A stretch of DNA of 64,000 nt from an uncultured Planctomycetaceae bacterium (lineage in GTDB: Bacteria > Planctomycetota > UBA8742 > UBA2392 > JABWBM01). A model generated the notes under the pieces. It saw nothing but the letters and a program-made list of their open reading frames with translations, ran no database searches and had not been told where the DNA came from. Positions within the stretch are counted from its first letter, which is position 1; each line of letters opens with the position of its first letter. Positions 1 through 10,451 of this stretch are shown here, piece by piece. The stretch covers positions 17,683 through 81,682 of the forward strand of contig CAZJPQ010000008.1 in NCBI GenBank assembly GCA_964548115.1, in the 5' to 3' direction. Made by a program: the position numbers and the translations under genes.

Positions 1-487
1 GATTTTGTTCTAACTTTTTGGAGAGAGCTGCGAGGTAGTCCGTACGCTTTGCTATAAGTGTGTCAAGCTTTGCCTGCATAGGGGCAAAATTAGCTTCGGC
101 TTTTTCAAGCGTTGCTTTGAGTTTCTCCTGCTCCTGAATCAGTGCTGCTTGTGCTGATTCTTCAAGCTTTGAATGAGCGAGCAACCTTTCTATTCGTATC
201 ATTTTTTGTGTCGCCTGAAAGATTCTCTGGTCATTCTTTTGTGCTTCACTGTCTTGAAGCAACGCAGATTTTGCTTCAAGGTAGGAATCAAGTTCTGATG
301 CCGCATTGAATAATTCCTGAGCGTTTGCTTCTGAAACTTGGAGAGCCATGAGTTCTAACTCTTGTTCGTTAAATTGTGCTTTTGTTGGAGCTTTCTCTTC
401 TTTTTGCTGACAGCTGACAAGCGCCAGACAACACAGGCTTAAAGCTAAAAGAAAGAATTGATTATAAGGGCGAAGATTATGGTTCAT
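1..487 (-). CDS. Hypothetical helical lipoprotein, partial (runs off the window start; not in the ORF track)
   Basis: Manual translation from ATG at 487: MNHNLRPYNQFFLLALSLCCLALVSCQQKEEK... stays open to base 2. Lipobox LVSC, helical/coiled-coil composition. Overlaps the stop of the upstream transporter by 11 nt. Confidence 0.75.
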   Translation of the reverse strand, partial: MNHNLRPYNQFFLLALSLCCLALVSCQQKEEKAPTKAQFNEQELELMALQVSEANAQELFNAASELDSYLEAKSALLQDSEAQKNDQRIFQATQKMIRIERLLAHSKLEESAQAALIQEQEKLKATLEKAEANFAPMQAKLDTLIAKRTDYLAALSKKLEQN

Positions 488-2063
488 ATTCAAACTCCGG
501 AATGGTTTGGTAACCCTCTTTTTCTGGTTTCTTCTTTGTTAAGAACAAGGCAAGAGTAAATGCCGCAACTAATACTCCAATGCCTACAAGCTGAACCCAT
601 AGAGAATAACCACTGTAAGGTTTTGCCTGTTCATCCCATAAAAAGCTAAGGTCAGTAAAGGCCTGATAGCCTAAGAGAAAGATCAGGACTATGGGGGTGA
701 AATAGCGAATACAAAAATCCCAGAAGGGGGTGATTCGTTTTTCAGAAACACGATTAATATGGGTACGGAGTCGTTTTGTCCCATAAATCCAGCCAATAGC
801 AAGACACGGAATAAGCCCAATTAAAAGCAAACCATAATTTGAAAGGTAGTGATCGACAGAGTCAAGCAAAACAAGGCCGGTAGGGGTGCAAAAGATAATG
901 CCAACAAGCCAGCCAAGAACACAGAGACTGACAGTTACGGTTTTGCGTGAAACGCTGAATTTATCGTGGATACCCGCAACCATGGCCTCGGTGAGACTAA
1001 AGGCTGAGTCGACGCCAAGCAAAAGTAACGAACCAAAAAAAGCCAGCCCAAAGAGGATCTGTCCATCGGTTCCAATCTGGATGTTTTCGATTGCCGTTGG
1101 ATAGCTGATTAAAGCAAGAGCAAAGCTTGATTCTCCCACAACATCGCCAACAAACAAACCCTTATTAAGTGCCAGGAAACCCAACACAGAGAAAGTGATA
1201 AAACCAGCAAAAAATTCTGTTCCAGAGTTTGCAAAGGCTGTAATGATTGCGTTATTTGCAATATCTGATTTTTTTGGCAAAAAACTGGCATAAGCCATCA
1301 TAATTCCAAAACCAATGGACAAGCTGAAGAAGATTTGGCCATAAGCTGCAGAAGCAACTTTTAAAATTTCACCAGGACTATCCATCTTAGACCAATCCGG
1401 TGAGAGGTAATAACTCATGCCAGCAGAAGCACCGTCTAAGTTAATGGAAGTAAAGAAAAGTACGAAAAGCAAGACATAAGGCAAGAGTACAGTAACCCAA
1501 ACAACTTTACCAACGGAATGCACTCCCTTGCGAATGGCGAAGTAGATAAACCCCCAGACAAGCCCATTGAAAATGATAGCTTTCCAGTTTATAGGGCTGA
1601 AAAGACCGGCTTCATGTCGAATATTTTCGTCTCCAGTTATCACGCTGCTGAAAAGGTAACTTTCAGCTTGCCCTTTTTGCCAGGGTAAACTATCTCCGCC
1701 GAGACTTCCCAAAAGCTCAACAATATAAAAGCAAACCCAGGCCATAATAATGGTATAGTAAAACGTGATCAGGAGCCCACCAGCCGCAGCCCACCAGCCA
1801 GAGAATTCGAATTTACGGCTGACCCGTGCCATCGCCGCAGGGCTTGCTGCCTGCATTCTATGCCCAAGCCCATACTCCAGCATCAAAAGAGGAATCCCAG
1901 CTGTGAGTAAGGCAATGAAGTAGGGGATTAAGAAAGCTCCCCCGCCAGCTCCAAAAGCTACGTGCGGAAAGCGCCAGATATTGCCAAGACCAACAGCGCT
2001 CCCAATCGCAGCGAGAATAAAAGCCGTACGAGTTGCCCAACGATCGCGTGGTGGATGCTGCAT
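477..2063 (-). CDS. Sodium-dependent transporter, neurotransmitter:sodium symporter (NSS/SNF) family
   Basis: N-terminal signature RDRWATRTAFILAAIGSAVGLGNIWRFP, GQIFFSLSIGFG motif, about 12 hydrophobic segments. Confidence 0.95.
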   Translation of the reverse strand: MQHPPRDRWATRTAFILAAIGSAVGLGNIWRFPHVAFGAGGGAFLIPYFIALLTAGIPLLMLEYGLGHRMQAASPAAMARVSRKFEFSGWWAAAGGLLITFYYTIIMAWVCFYIVELLGSLGGDSLPWQKGQAESYLFSSVITGDENIRHEAGLFSPINWKAIIFNGLVWGFIYFAIRKGVHSVGKVVWVTVLLPYVLLFVLFFTSINLDGASAGMSYYLSPDWSKMDSPGEILKVASAAYGQIFFSLSIGFGIMMAYASFLPKKSDIANNAIITAFANSGTEFFAGFITFSVLGFLALNKGLFVGDVVGESSFALALISYPTAIENIQIGTDGQILFGLAFFGSLLLLGVDSAFSLTEAMVAGIHDKFSVSRKTVTVSLCVLGWLVGIIFCTPTGLVLLDSVDHYLSNYGLLLIGLIPCLAIGWIYGTKRLRTHINRVSEKRITPFWDFCIRYFTPIVLIFLLGYQAFTDLSFLWDEQAKPYSGYSLWVQLVGIGVLVAAFTLALFLTKKKPEKEGYQTIPEFEYEP

Positions 2064-2113
2064 GCTATTTCCCTGTGAAAATCTTATTGCAAACTTGTGT
2101 GTTATAAATTTTT

Positions 2114-2141
2114 GATAAAGAAAATGATGATTTTCCTTATC
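2114..2141. promoter_or_regulatory. Imperfect palindrome, candidate operator upstream of the NSS transporter
   Basis: GATAAAGAAAAT-GATG-ATTTTCCTTATC: 11 of 12 positions complementary, 51-78 nt upstream of the transporter start. Confidence 0.45.
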
Positions 2142-2350
2142 TTGTTTTAAACAAAGTGCTTATGCAATAAAAATATAGCATCTCATGGCTCTAAAAACTT
2201 CCTGGGAGTGCGCAGCTATTTTAAATATTGTGAGCTGAAGTGTGCGATGTTTTGCTCCTGGATAAAGATGTTGTTATACTTGATGTATCTTAATGCGGTG
2301 TTGGTCATAATATATCATAATACAAGGACTATAACTCAAGGTAGAGAACG

Positions 2351-2521
2351 ATGCCAATTGAAGCTACTCGAGGAGTTTCACAGACAGAGTCATCTCAAAT
2401 TTCTAGTGCTCGTCAGGAAGCGATCTTGAGAGAAAACGCTGCAGAAAAAGCAGAAGCGGATGCGATTGATCGTGCCCGTGAGAGTTCTGCAAGCGAACAA
2501 ATCATAGATACTCTGGCCTAG
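2351..2521 (+). CDS. Small 56-aa protein (below the ORF-track cutoff)
   Basis: MPIEATRGVSQTESSQISSARQEAILRENAAEKAEADAIDRARESSASEQIIDTLA*, preceded by purine-rich AAGGTAGAG. Fills an otherwise empty gap and has protein-like composition. Confidence 0.6.
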   Translation: MPIEATRGVSQTESSQISSARQEAILRENAAEKAEADAIDRARESSASEQIIDTLA

Positions 2522-2667
2522 AGCATCAAAGCACTTTATGCTTTAGTCTTCTTTTATACCCATGCTGATGAAAGCCTTGCGAGGCAAGGCTTATTCTTTG
2601 CTGGAAAACCACGTTTACGTTTGGATTGAGAACGGGAGGCGCTGTCAGGAAAATCTGGCCAGGGTTT

Positions 2668-4362
2668 TTATGAGCTTTGGTCTCTTTTTTCTTGAGATCG
2701 TTGAGTAAGGGATTTTTCAAGAGAGCTGTTTTGAGGTGTCATAACTTTTTGGGAATCGTTTTCGATTAATGAGAGGCTTGAGCTTGAAGGTTTCAGAGAA
2801 GCTTTTGAGGATTGTTGCAGCAAACCAGAAGGAAAGATTCCAAGAGCTATAATCGCAAGGCTCGAAGCTCCAAGAACGAATTTGAGGGCCCAGGGGTTCT
2901 CATCCTTTCCAAGTGGTGTTTCGGTCTCTTCCGGTGATTTAATATAGGTGAAGACAACAACCCGTAAGTAGTAAAATGCCCCGATCATGCTTGCGAAAAC
3001 GCCGGATAAAGCCAACCAGTAAAAGCCAGCTTCAATTGTCGTTTGAAAGAGGTAATATTTGCCGATAAAGCCGCCAGTTAATGGAATTCCTGCCGAAGAG
3101 AACATGAAAAGTGCTAGAGCCAGAGCTGCTCCTGGGTGCTTGTGGGAAAGCCCTCGTAAGCTCTGGAGTTCTTCTCCTATCATGCCTTTTTCTTCGCAGT
3201 AGTTAAGGACTGCAAAGGCCCCAGCTGTTCCAAAAGTATAAACAATCAGATAAAAGACAATAGCGCCAACACCTTGAGATGAGCCAGCACTGGCTACAAA
3301 TCCCATAAGTAAATACCCCGAGTGAGCAATGCTTGAATAAGCCAGCATGCGTTTGACGTTATCTTGGGTGAGTGCAACCCAGTTGCCCAAAAGCATCGTT
3401 GCAAAAGCAATCAGCCACAGGAGTGTGGTGTTGTCACTCAAGAGGCTAGACTGGACATTATCAGGAAAGAAGATGCCAGCAAAGCGCAACAGAACTCCGA
3501 AAGCCGCTGTTTTGACAGCAACGGCCATGAAGCCCGTAATCGGCGTTGGAGCACCCGTATAAACATCTGGAACCCACTGGTGAAAGGGAACAGCTCCTAC
3601 TTTGAAAACCAGGCCAATCATAATAAAACCCAGTGCAAGCAGGAAAAGAGGAAAGATGCTGCCAGCGCCTTCTTGAGTACTGGTTTGAGCTAGAATCCCA
3701 AGCTTTTCAATCACAGCAGAAATTTCAATTTCGCCACTGATGCCATACAAAAGGGCTAAACCAAAGAGCAGAAAACCAGAGGCAAAAGCTCCCATGACAA
3801 GATATTTCATGGCAGCTTCAATGGATGTCGCGTGTTCGCGCTTTGTGCCTACGAGAACATAAATCGCAAGACTCATGAGCTCAATTGATAAGAAAAGCAT
3901 GATCAGGTCGTTTGCAAGCACAAGCAGCATCATGCCCGAAGCTGCAACCAGGACCAAGGCTAAATAATCTCCCCAGCCCACATCTCGCTTGTGAATCGTT
4001 TCTAAAGAGGTGATAACGCATAAAGCTGTGCCAATGCAGATAATTCCACAAAGTAAAAGGCCAAGACGGTCAACCTTAAGAGCTCCAAACAAAACCGTTT
4101 GAGGTAGGTTTGCTTCTCCCCAATAGGAAAGGAGAGAAATTCCAGCCAGAAGAATTCCGCCAAGTGCAACGTAGAAGAGTACCAGAGAATAGCCAGAAAG
4201 TGATTTTTTTTCAGAGCTGTTAGGATTAATGCTTTCTGAATTTTTAGAACTCAGTTCAAGAGTGATGCAAACCCCTGCTGCAATAATCAACCAGAGTAGA
4301 GGCCAGAACGTTTCATACCCTTCGAAGAGCGAGCCTATAGTTGCAAGTGTTTCAGAAAACAT
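2668..4362 (-). CDS. nuoN: NADH-quinone oxidoreductase subunit N
   Basis: EAAMKYLVMGAFASGFLLFG, FKVGAVPFHQWVPDVYTGAP, NVKRMLAYSSIAHSGY, GIPLTGGFIGKY; Ser-rich C-terminal tail. Confidence 0.95.
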   Translation of the reverse strand: MFSETLATIGSLFEGYETFWPLLWLIIAAGVCITLELSSKNSESINPNSSEKKSLSGYSLVLFYVALGGILLAGISLLSYWGEANLPQTVLFGALKVDRLGLLLCGIICIGTALCVITSLETIHKRDVGWGDYLALVLVAASGMMLLVLANDLIMLFLSIELMSLAIYVLVGTKREHATSIEAAMKYLVMGAFASGFLLFGLALLYGISGEIEISAVIEKLGILAQTSTQEGAGSIFPLFLLALGFIMIGLVFKVGAVPFHQWVPDVYTGAPTPITGFMAVAVKTAAFGVLLRFAGIFFPDNVQSSLLSDNTTLLWLIAFATMLLGNWVALTQDNVKRMLAYSSIAHSGYLLMGFVASAGSSQGVGAIVFYLIVYTFGTAGAFAVLNYCEEKGMIGEELQSLRGLSHKHPGAALALALFMFSSAGIPLTGGFIGKYYLFQTTIEAGFYWLALSGVFASMIGAFYYLRVVVFTYIKSPEETETPLGKDENPWALKFVLGASSLAIIALGIFPSGLLQQSSKASLKPSSSSLSLIENDSQKVMTPQNSSLEKSLTQRSQEKRDQSS

Positions 4363-4625
4363 AATAAGCCTTTTAATCTCTGTTTTTTAATCTTTTTGTT
4401 TTTTAAATCTTTCTGTATTGAAGCTCTTTTGCATCAGCATCAAGACTCCTGTCTTAAGCTGAGATTCTTAAACTTCAATTTCAGGAACACAGCTTTGCTT
4501 AAGCATATTTTCCCAAACAAGGGTATGAAACAAGTTTTTTACTTTTTCGTCTTTTACTTTTTGCTAAGACTTGAGCTTCGCTTATTGTTGAAGGATCCTG
4601 TTGGTGTTTTAAAGAAAGCATTCTC

Positions 4626-5675
4626 ATGGAAACATTCCAAATACTCAATGATTATCCAGGTCAGACTCTGCATACACTCTATGACAAAAAATCGGGACTT
4701 CGAGCTTTTATTGCTTTTGACGGTATTGAAGCTGGTCGCTCGGTTGGGGGAATTCGTTGTTTGCCCTATGATTCTGAAGAAGCTGCTTTGCGAGAGGCTT
4801 GTAAACTTGCCCAGGCCATGGCGCTTAAGGCTAAGCTTGCTGGACTTGCATGTGGTGGGGCCAAAACAGTTATGATCAAGCACCCGAAGTTAAAACGGAA
4901 GCAAGCTTTGCGGGCTCTTGGGCGCGCTATTGATGCGCTTGGGGGCTTATACCATAGTGGCAGCGATGTTGGTATTGATGAGCACGACCTTGGTATTATT
5001 GCAGAAGAAACAGTGCATGTTTCTCATAAGCTCGATTTTGGAGGATATACGGCCCATGGCGTTTTTGCTGCTCTCCGTTCAGCTCTTTCCTTTCGTTATG
5101 GCAGTGATGATTTAAAGGAAATACGGGTTGGGGTTCAGGGACTTGGCAAGGTGGGGATGAGGCTTGTCAGCCTACTTGCTGAGGCGGGAGCAAAGTTGAT
5201 TGTTGCCGATCACGTAGAGAAGCGCTGTAAAATTGCAGCAAGAGACTTTGGAGCTCAAATTGTTTCAGCCCAGGATATTATAAAGCAAGAGTGTGATGTT
5301 CTTGCTCCCTGTGCATTAGGAGGGGTTATTCAACAAGCAGGTGTGCCGCACTTAAAATGTCAGGTGTTAGTTGGAAGTGCTAATAATTTACTTGCAGAGG
5401 GGGAAGAGACAGCCCGTGCTCTCAAACGCCATAAGATTATTTATGTTCCGGATTATATCTCCAGTGCCGGTGCTTTAATTGCTGGTGTTACCATGCTTGA
5501 TCAGCCAAAAAATCAAAAAGAGAAAAGGACTTCAAAGAAGAGTGCTCTTTTGAGAAAGAGAATAGAAGAGCAGATCACTGACAGAATTTATAGTACCACT
5601 TTGAACGTTCTTCAGTATGCTCAGGATAAAAGGGTTTCAACATTACGAGCAGCACAATGCTTTGCCGCATCTTGA
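4626..5675 (+). CDS. Glu/Leu/Phe/Val dehydrogenase (leucine dehydrogenase-like)
   Basis: GGIRCLPY, AMALK, GGAK catalytic Lys motif, Rossmann VQGLGKVG, DVLAPCALGG, GSANN, YVPDY. Confidence 0.9.
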   Translation: METFQILNDYPGQTLHTLYDKKSGLRAFIAFDGIEAGRSVGGIRCLPYDSEEAALREACKLAQAMALKAKLAGLACGGAKTVMIKHPKLKRKQALRALGRAIDALGGLYHSGSDVGIDEHDLGIIAEETVHVSHKLDFGGYTAHGVFAALRSALSFRYGSDDLKEIRVGVQGLGKVGMRLVSLLAEAGAKLIVADHVEKRCKIAARDFGAQIVSAQDIIKQECDVLAPCALGGVIQQAGVPHLKCQVLVGSANNLLAEGEETARALKRHKIIYVPDYISSAGALIAGVTMLDQPKNQKEKRTSKKSALLRKRIEEQITDRIYSTTLNVLQYAQDKRVSTLRAAQCFAAS

Positions 5676-5710
5676 AATAAGCAAGCTGCCGATCTGTCGA
5701 GTACGTATAG

Positions 5711-8407
5711 ATGAGTGATAAAAAAAACCATAAAAAAACAGGTCAGCCAGTGAAAGACAAAGTTTCTTCTGGTCAAGACAGGGGCCAGGAAAAGAAGCTT
5801 ACACCTGCCATGCGTCAGTACCATCAGGTCAAAGAGAAGCATCCTGATGCGCTTTTGCTTTTTCAGATGGGCGATTTTTACGAAACCTTTTATCAGGATG
5901 CCATTGAGCTCGCAAGCACTCTTAATATCACGCTTACAACCCGGGGTAAGGATGGTCCCGAACCTATTCCTTTAGCGGGTTTTCCGATTAAAGCTCTTGA
6001 TGGTTATCTGCCAAAGCTCGTTTCTTTCGGACATCGAGTGGTGCTTTGCGATCAGACAGAGGACCCAAAGCATGCGAAAGGTGTTGTCAAACGCGAAGTC
6101 GTAAGGGTGATAACTCCTGGTACAATTCTAGAAGAATCTTTACTTGATCCCCATCAAGCAAACCATATTGCAGCGATGCTTCCAGGCAAGGATGGTTACG
6201 GTTTTGCCTGGGTTGAGCTTACAACGGGAAGTTTTGAACTTGCGAATATTCAAGAAAAAGAGATTCCAATTTTACTCGCGCGGATTGATCCTGCAGAGAT
6301 TGTTATTCCTGATATTTTTCAGGAAGAGAATGCTCAAAAATTTTCGATTTTAAAACAGCGTTATGATATTCCCTATTCACTTTTTCCTGATTGGACTTTT
6401 AGTCAGCGTGAATCAAGAAAAACACTTCAAAAGCATTTTGGCGTTTCAAGCTTGGCAGGCTTTGGCATCTCACAAGAGGAAAGTTTGGAAGTGGCTGCTG
6501 CTGGTGCTTTACTTGCTTATTTAAAAGAGCAGCAGAAGAGTGAGCTTACCCATATTTCAAAGCTCAGGGTTTATCAGCTCAGTGAAACGATTGCGCTTGA
6601 TGCTGCTACCGTGAATGCCCTTGAAATCGTGGAAACAATGCGTTCGAAAGATCGTAAGCATACTCTTTTTGGCGTTCTTAACAAATGCTCAACAAGCATG
6701 GGCTCTCGTTTATTACGGAGCTGGCTCTTGGCTCCTTTGAAAGAATATGATCAGATTCTTCTCCGTCAGGAAGCAGTTGCAGAGCTTTATCATGTCAAGA
6801 AGCGTCGTGAACTTATGATTGCTGAGCTTGAGAAGTTTGGCGATCTTGAACGTCTTGCCGGGCGTTTAGGCTGTTTACGAGCCATGCCCCGCGACTTGAT
6901 AGCGTTGATGGAATCCTTGCGCTATGTCCCATTATTAGCCAATGCATTGAGTGGTGTTGAATCCAGGCTTCTCAACCAGATTGCTGAAAGGCTTGATCCC
7001 GTTGAGGAGGCCAGCGAGCTTATAGCAAAGGCGTTTGATAGCGAGCCCTCAAATGTGTTGAAAGAAGGAGGCATTATCAGGGATGGCTTTCATCCAGAGC
7101 TTGACGAGTTTCGAAGCATGCAAAGGGAAGGCCGCCAGTATATTGCCCGTTTTCAACAGAAAGAAGCTGAAGAGAGTGATATTCCATCTTTAAAGGTTGG
7201 GTACAACAGTGTTTTTGGTTATTACCTGGAGATTACGAATGTTCATAAGGATAAAGCCCCTGCCCATTGGATTCGTAAGCAGACGCTTAAAAATGCTGAG
7301 CGTTATATTACTCCGGAGTTGAAGGAAATTGAGGCCAAAGTCTTAAACGCTGAAGGTCAGGCAATTGCCTTAGAGCAACGACTCTTTCTTGAAATTCGGG
7401 AAGAACTTTCTCGTTATGCTGCTCGTATAAGTGCAACAGCTCATCAGCTTGCTTTGCTTGATGTGCTTGGTAATTTTGCTGAGCTTGCTTCTTCCCGTGG
7501 GTATGTTCAGCCAGAATTTGTAGAGAGCAATCAGCTTTTGCTGGAAGAAGGACGCCACCCGGTTTTAGAGCAAACCCTAAGGGACACCCAGGTGGTTCCT
7601 AATGCTTGTGCCCTTAACCAGGATAGTACCATGGCTTTGATTACTGGTCCGAATATGGCCGGTAAATCAACGTATATTCGAATGGTGGCACTTTTGACTT
7701 TGATGGCACAAGCAGGGAGTTTTGTCCCAGCAGATTCTTTGCGTTTAGGAGTTGTTGATACAATCTTTACGCGTATTGGCTCAGCCGATGAGATTCAAAA
7801 GGGTAATTCTACTTTTATGGTAGAGATGATTGAAACAGCCAACATTCTTAATAATGCAACGGAGCAAAGTTTAATTGTGCTTGATGAGGTTGGTCGCGGG
7901 ACATCAACGTTTGATGGAGTTTCTATTGCCTGGGCCATTACGGAATATCTTGCTCAGAATCTTAAGGCCAGGACGCTTTTTGCGACTCATTATCATGAGC
8001 TTACTCACTTAGCGAAACAAATTTCCACTGTTCAAAACCTGAACGTTTCAGTGCGAGAGTGGGGGGATGAGATTATTTTTCTTCACAAGATTGTGGGGGG
8101 AGCCGCTGATCGGAGCTATGGTATTCAGGTTGCTCGTCTCGCTGGTTTACCTTTAGATGTCATTCGTCGCTCAAAGCAAATTCTCAAAGGGCTTGAAAAA
8201 GAGACCGCTCAATTCCAGGGGGGGGCAGGAGGCCAAGCTTCTCAGGTAAAACGTTCCAAACTGGTTCAGTTAATGCTTTTCAGCCCAACAGAAAATCAGC
8301 TTATTCAGGCCCTTGAAAATATTGATCCGGATAATCTGCCCATCGAAGTGCTCAAGGCAGAAATCAGCCGTTTGAAGGCCCTTGCTCAGAGTATGAAGGG
8401 TGAATAA
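5711..8407 (+). CDS. mutS: DNA mismatch repair protein MutS
   Basis: TPAMRQY, LLFQMGDFYETF, Walker A TGPNMAGKST, DEVGRGTST, FATHYHEL, SYGIQVARLAGLP. Confidence 0.98.
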   Translation: MSDKKNHKKTGQPVKDKVSSGQDRGQEKKLTPAMRQYHQVKEKHPDALLLFQMGDFYETFYQDAIELASTLNITLTTRGKDGPEPIPLAGFPIKALDGYLPKLVSFGHRVVLCDQTEDPKHAKGVVKREVVRVITPGTILEESLLDPHQANHIAAMLPGKDGYGFAWVELTTGSFELANIQEKEIPILLARIDPAEIVIPDIFQEENAQKFSILKQRYDIPYSLFPDWTFSQRESRKTLQKHFGVSSLAGFGISQEESLEVAAAGALLAYLKEQQKSELTHISKLRVYQLSETIALDAATVNALEIVETMRSKDRKHTLFGVLNKCSTSMGSRLLRSWLLAPLKEYDQILLRQEAVAELYHVKKRRELMIAELEKFGDLERLAGRLGCLRAMPRDLIALMESLRYVPLLANALSGVESRLLNQIAERLDPVEEASELIAKAFDSEPSNVLKEGGIIRDGFHPELDEFRSMQREGRQYIARFQQKEAEESDIPSLKVGYNSVFGYYLEITNVHKDKAPAHWIRKQTLKNAERYITPELKEIEAKVLNAEGQAIALEQRLFLEIREELSRYAARISATAHQLALLDVLGNFAELASSRGYVQPEFVESNQLLLEEGRHPVLEQTLRDTQVVPNACALNQDSTMALITGPNMAGKSTYIRMVALLTLMAQAGSFVPADSLRLGVVDTIFTRIGSADEIQKGNSTFMVEMIETANILNNATEQSLIVLDEVGRGTSTFDGVSIAWAITEYLAQNLKARTLFATHYHELTHLAKQISTVQNLNVSVREWGDEIIFLHKIVGGAADRSYGIQVARLAGLPLDVIRRSKQILKGLEKETAQFQGGAGGQASQVKRSKLVQLMLFSPTENQLIQALENIDPDNLPIEVLKAEISRLKALAQSMKGE

Positions 8408-8522
8408 AAGAGCGAGGAATTCTGGTAAGTGCTTTATTCCAGAGCACGATAAAGACTTTAACAAAGGCTTAAAGACAAAGTTTTAAGCGCAAAAGCCTAA
8501 ACAAAGGCCTAAACGCAAAGGC

Positions 8523-9623
8523 CTAAACACTAAAGCGAAAATGCATGATATCACCATCAACGACGATATAATCTTTTCCTTCGAGCCGTAGTTTTCCAGC
8601 TTCCTTAGCCCCGTTTTGACCGTTATGTTCGATATAGTCCTGGTAGCTGATAGTTTCTGCTCGAATGAAACCTCGTTCAAAATCGCTGTGGATGACGCCT
8701 GCGGCTTGGGGTGCGCTGGAACCTTTGCGCACCGTCCAGGCGCGAACTTCTTTGGGACCGGCTGTAAAGTAGGTGATAAGACCAAGCAAGCTGTAGCCGG
8801 CTTGAATCATGCGATTCAAACTGGGTTCAGTCATGCCAAGCTCGTCAAGAAAGGCTCGTTGCTCTTCCTCTTCAAGTTGAGCAATTTCTGCTTCAAGTTT
8901 GCCAGAGATCGTAACGAGTTGAACGTTTTGTTCTTGAGCAATGGCTTTAACAGTATCAAGGTAGGGGTTTTCTTTACCTAAGCCATCTTCTGCCACGTTA
9001 GCCACGTACATTAAAGGCTTTGTCGTAAGTAAGCACAAATCCTTAAGAATTTTTATTGCTTCTTCTTCCTCTGGAAGATGGAGGCGTAAGGGCTTGCCTT
9101 CGTCTAAAATTTTATGCCATTCCTGGTAAAGAGCCAGGCGCGTGCGAGCTGATTTCTCCCCTGAACGAGCAAGCTTTTCCTCTTTTGCAGAAGCTTTTTC
9201 AAGACTATCAAGATCTTTTAAAATAAGCTCGGCTTCAATAGTTTCAATATCTCTTTGAGGATCAACACCACCTTCGACGTGCACCACGTCATCATCATCA
9301 AAACAACGGACGACATGGGCAATGGCATCAACTTCTCGGATATTGGATAAGAAGGCGTTTCCAAGTCCTTCGCCCTTAGAGGCTCCTTTCACAAGACCTG
9401 CGATATCAACAAAGCGCATCGAAGCAAAGATTGTTTCCTTTGGTTCTACAAGTTCTGCGAGCTTTTGAACCCGTTCATCGTGAACCGCCACTATGCCAAC
9501 ATTGGGCTCAATGGTGCAAAAGGGAAAGTTTGCTGCCTGAGCGTTTTGGGTATGGGTCAAAGCATTAAAGATTGTTGATTTCCCAACGTTTGGAAGCCCG
9601 ACGATGCCACACTTGAATCCCAT
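8523..9623 (-). CDS. ychF: Redox-regulated ATPase YchF (Obg family)
   Basis: [43 protein letters not shown] domain ending [16 protein letters not shown]. Confidence 0.98.
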   Translation of the reverse strand: MGFKCGIVGLPNVGKSTIFNALTHTQNAQAANFPFCTIEPNVGIVAVHDERVQKLAELVEPKETIFASMRFVDIAGLVKGASKGEGLGNAFLSNIREVDAIAHVVRCFDDDDVVHVEGGVDPQRDIETIEAELILKDLDSLEKASAKEEKLARSGEKSARTRLALYQEWHKILDEGKPLRLHLPEEEEAIKILKDLCLLTTKPLMYVANVAEDGLGKENPYLDTVKAIAQEQNVQLVTISGKLEAEIAQLEEEEQRAFLDELGMTEPSLNRMIQAGYSLLGLITYFTAGPKEVRAWTVRKGSSAPQAAGVIHSDFERGFIRAETISYQDYIEHNGQNGAKEAGKLRLEGKDYIVVDGDIMHFRFSV

Positions 9624-9864
9624 ATTGTACTCACTCTTCTGTACTTTTAATTTTTTGTCTTACCTTGAGTGTTTGAGAAGACAAAGGTTAAAGCCTTTTG
9701 GTTTTTTATAGAAGCTTTTTGTTTATAGTAGTATGAACCCATAAAGGACAATTTTATTTTCAGCACTTCTATGACTGAAAGATTTCGCAGGAGTTTGCTG
9801 TTTATAGTAAAGAGTAGTAAGAGTAGAAAATTAAGGGAGCTCTTTTTCTGTTAGAGGCTCTGTC

Positions 9865-10392
9865 TCAGGCTTCAGAATGAGCCAGCACAGAGTTTTCCGA
9901 GGAAGGAGCGGCCTTATGTTTTGATGGTTCTCCTCGCCGAATTTTTTCTTGAATTGTGACTAAAGCATCAATAACAGATTCTGGCCGTGGTGGACAGCCT
10001 GGGATATAAACATCTACTGGTAAGAATTGATCAACGCCCTGAATTTGGGGGTAGGTATTGAAAACTCCACCAGAACTGCAGCAGGCACCCATGGTGATCA
10101 CCCATTTTGGTTCGGGCATCTGACTGTAAATCTGCAGAAGAACAGGCATCATTTTAAGGGAAATACGGCCAGAGACAATTAAAAGGTCACTTTGGCGTGG
10201 AGAGAATCGAATAACCTCTGATCCAAAACGAGCAAGGTCGTAACGGCTTGAAAGAGTTGCCATTAATTCAATAGCGCAGCAGGCAGTTCCAAAAGGATAG
10301 GGCCATAAACTGTTGCTGCGAGCCCAGCCAATAAGCTCGTTGACTTTGGTGGTAAAAAAACCATCACCACTTAATTGTTCTTCAAGTCCCAT
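9865..10392 (-). CDS. nuoB: NADH-quinone oxidoreductase subunit B
   Basis: [42 protein letters not shown]. Confidence 0.97.
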   Translation of the reverse strand: MGLEEQLSGDGFFTTKVNELIGWARSNSLWPYPFGTACCAIELMATLSSRYDLARFGSEVIRFSPRQSDLLIVSGRISLKMMPVLLQIYSQMPEPKWVITMGACCSSGGVFNTYPQIQGVDQFLPVDVYIPGCPPRPESVIDALVTIQEKIRRGEPSKHKAAPSSENSVLAHSEA

Positions 10393-10451
10393 AAGTATCC
10401 TTAATTTTTACTTCGCCATCAGCCCTTAAAAAGGCTGATATAGCCTAGCAG

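Noticed and set aside
5711-8407. Inteins or introns in MutS, XPB or HolB
   Set aside because: Lengths and motif spacing are normal and no intein splice-junction motifs were seen.
8461-8527. Imperfect 12-14-bp tandem repeats (CAAAGGCCTAAA-like) between the mutS and ychF 3' ends
   Set aside because: Degenerate, A-rich and overlapping the ychF stop; best explained as local slippage duplication. Similar short duplications occur at about 26420 and 30297.
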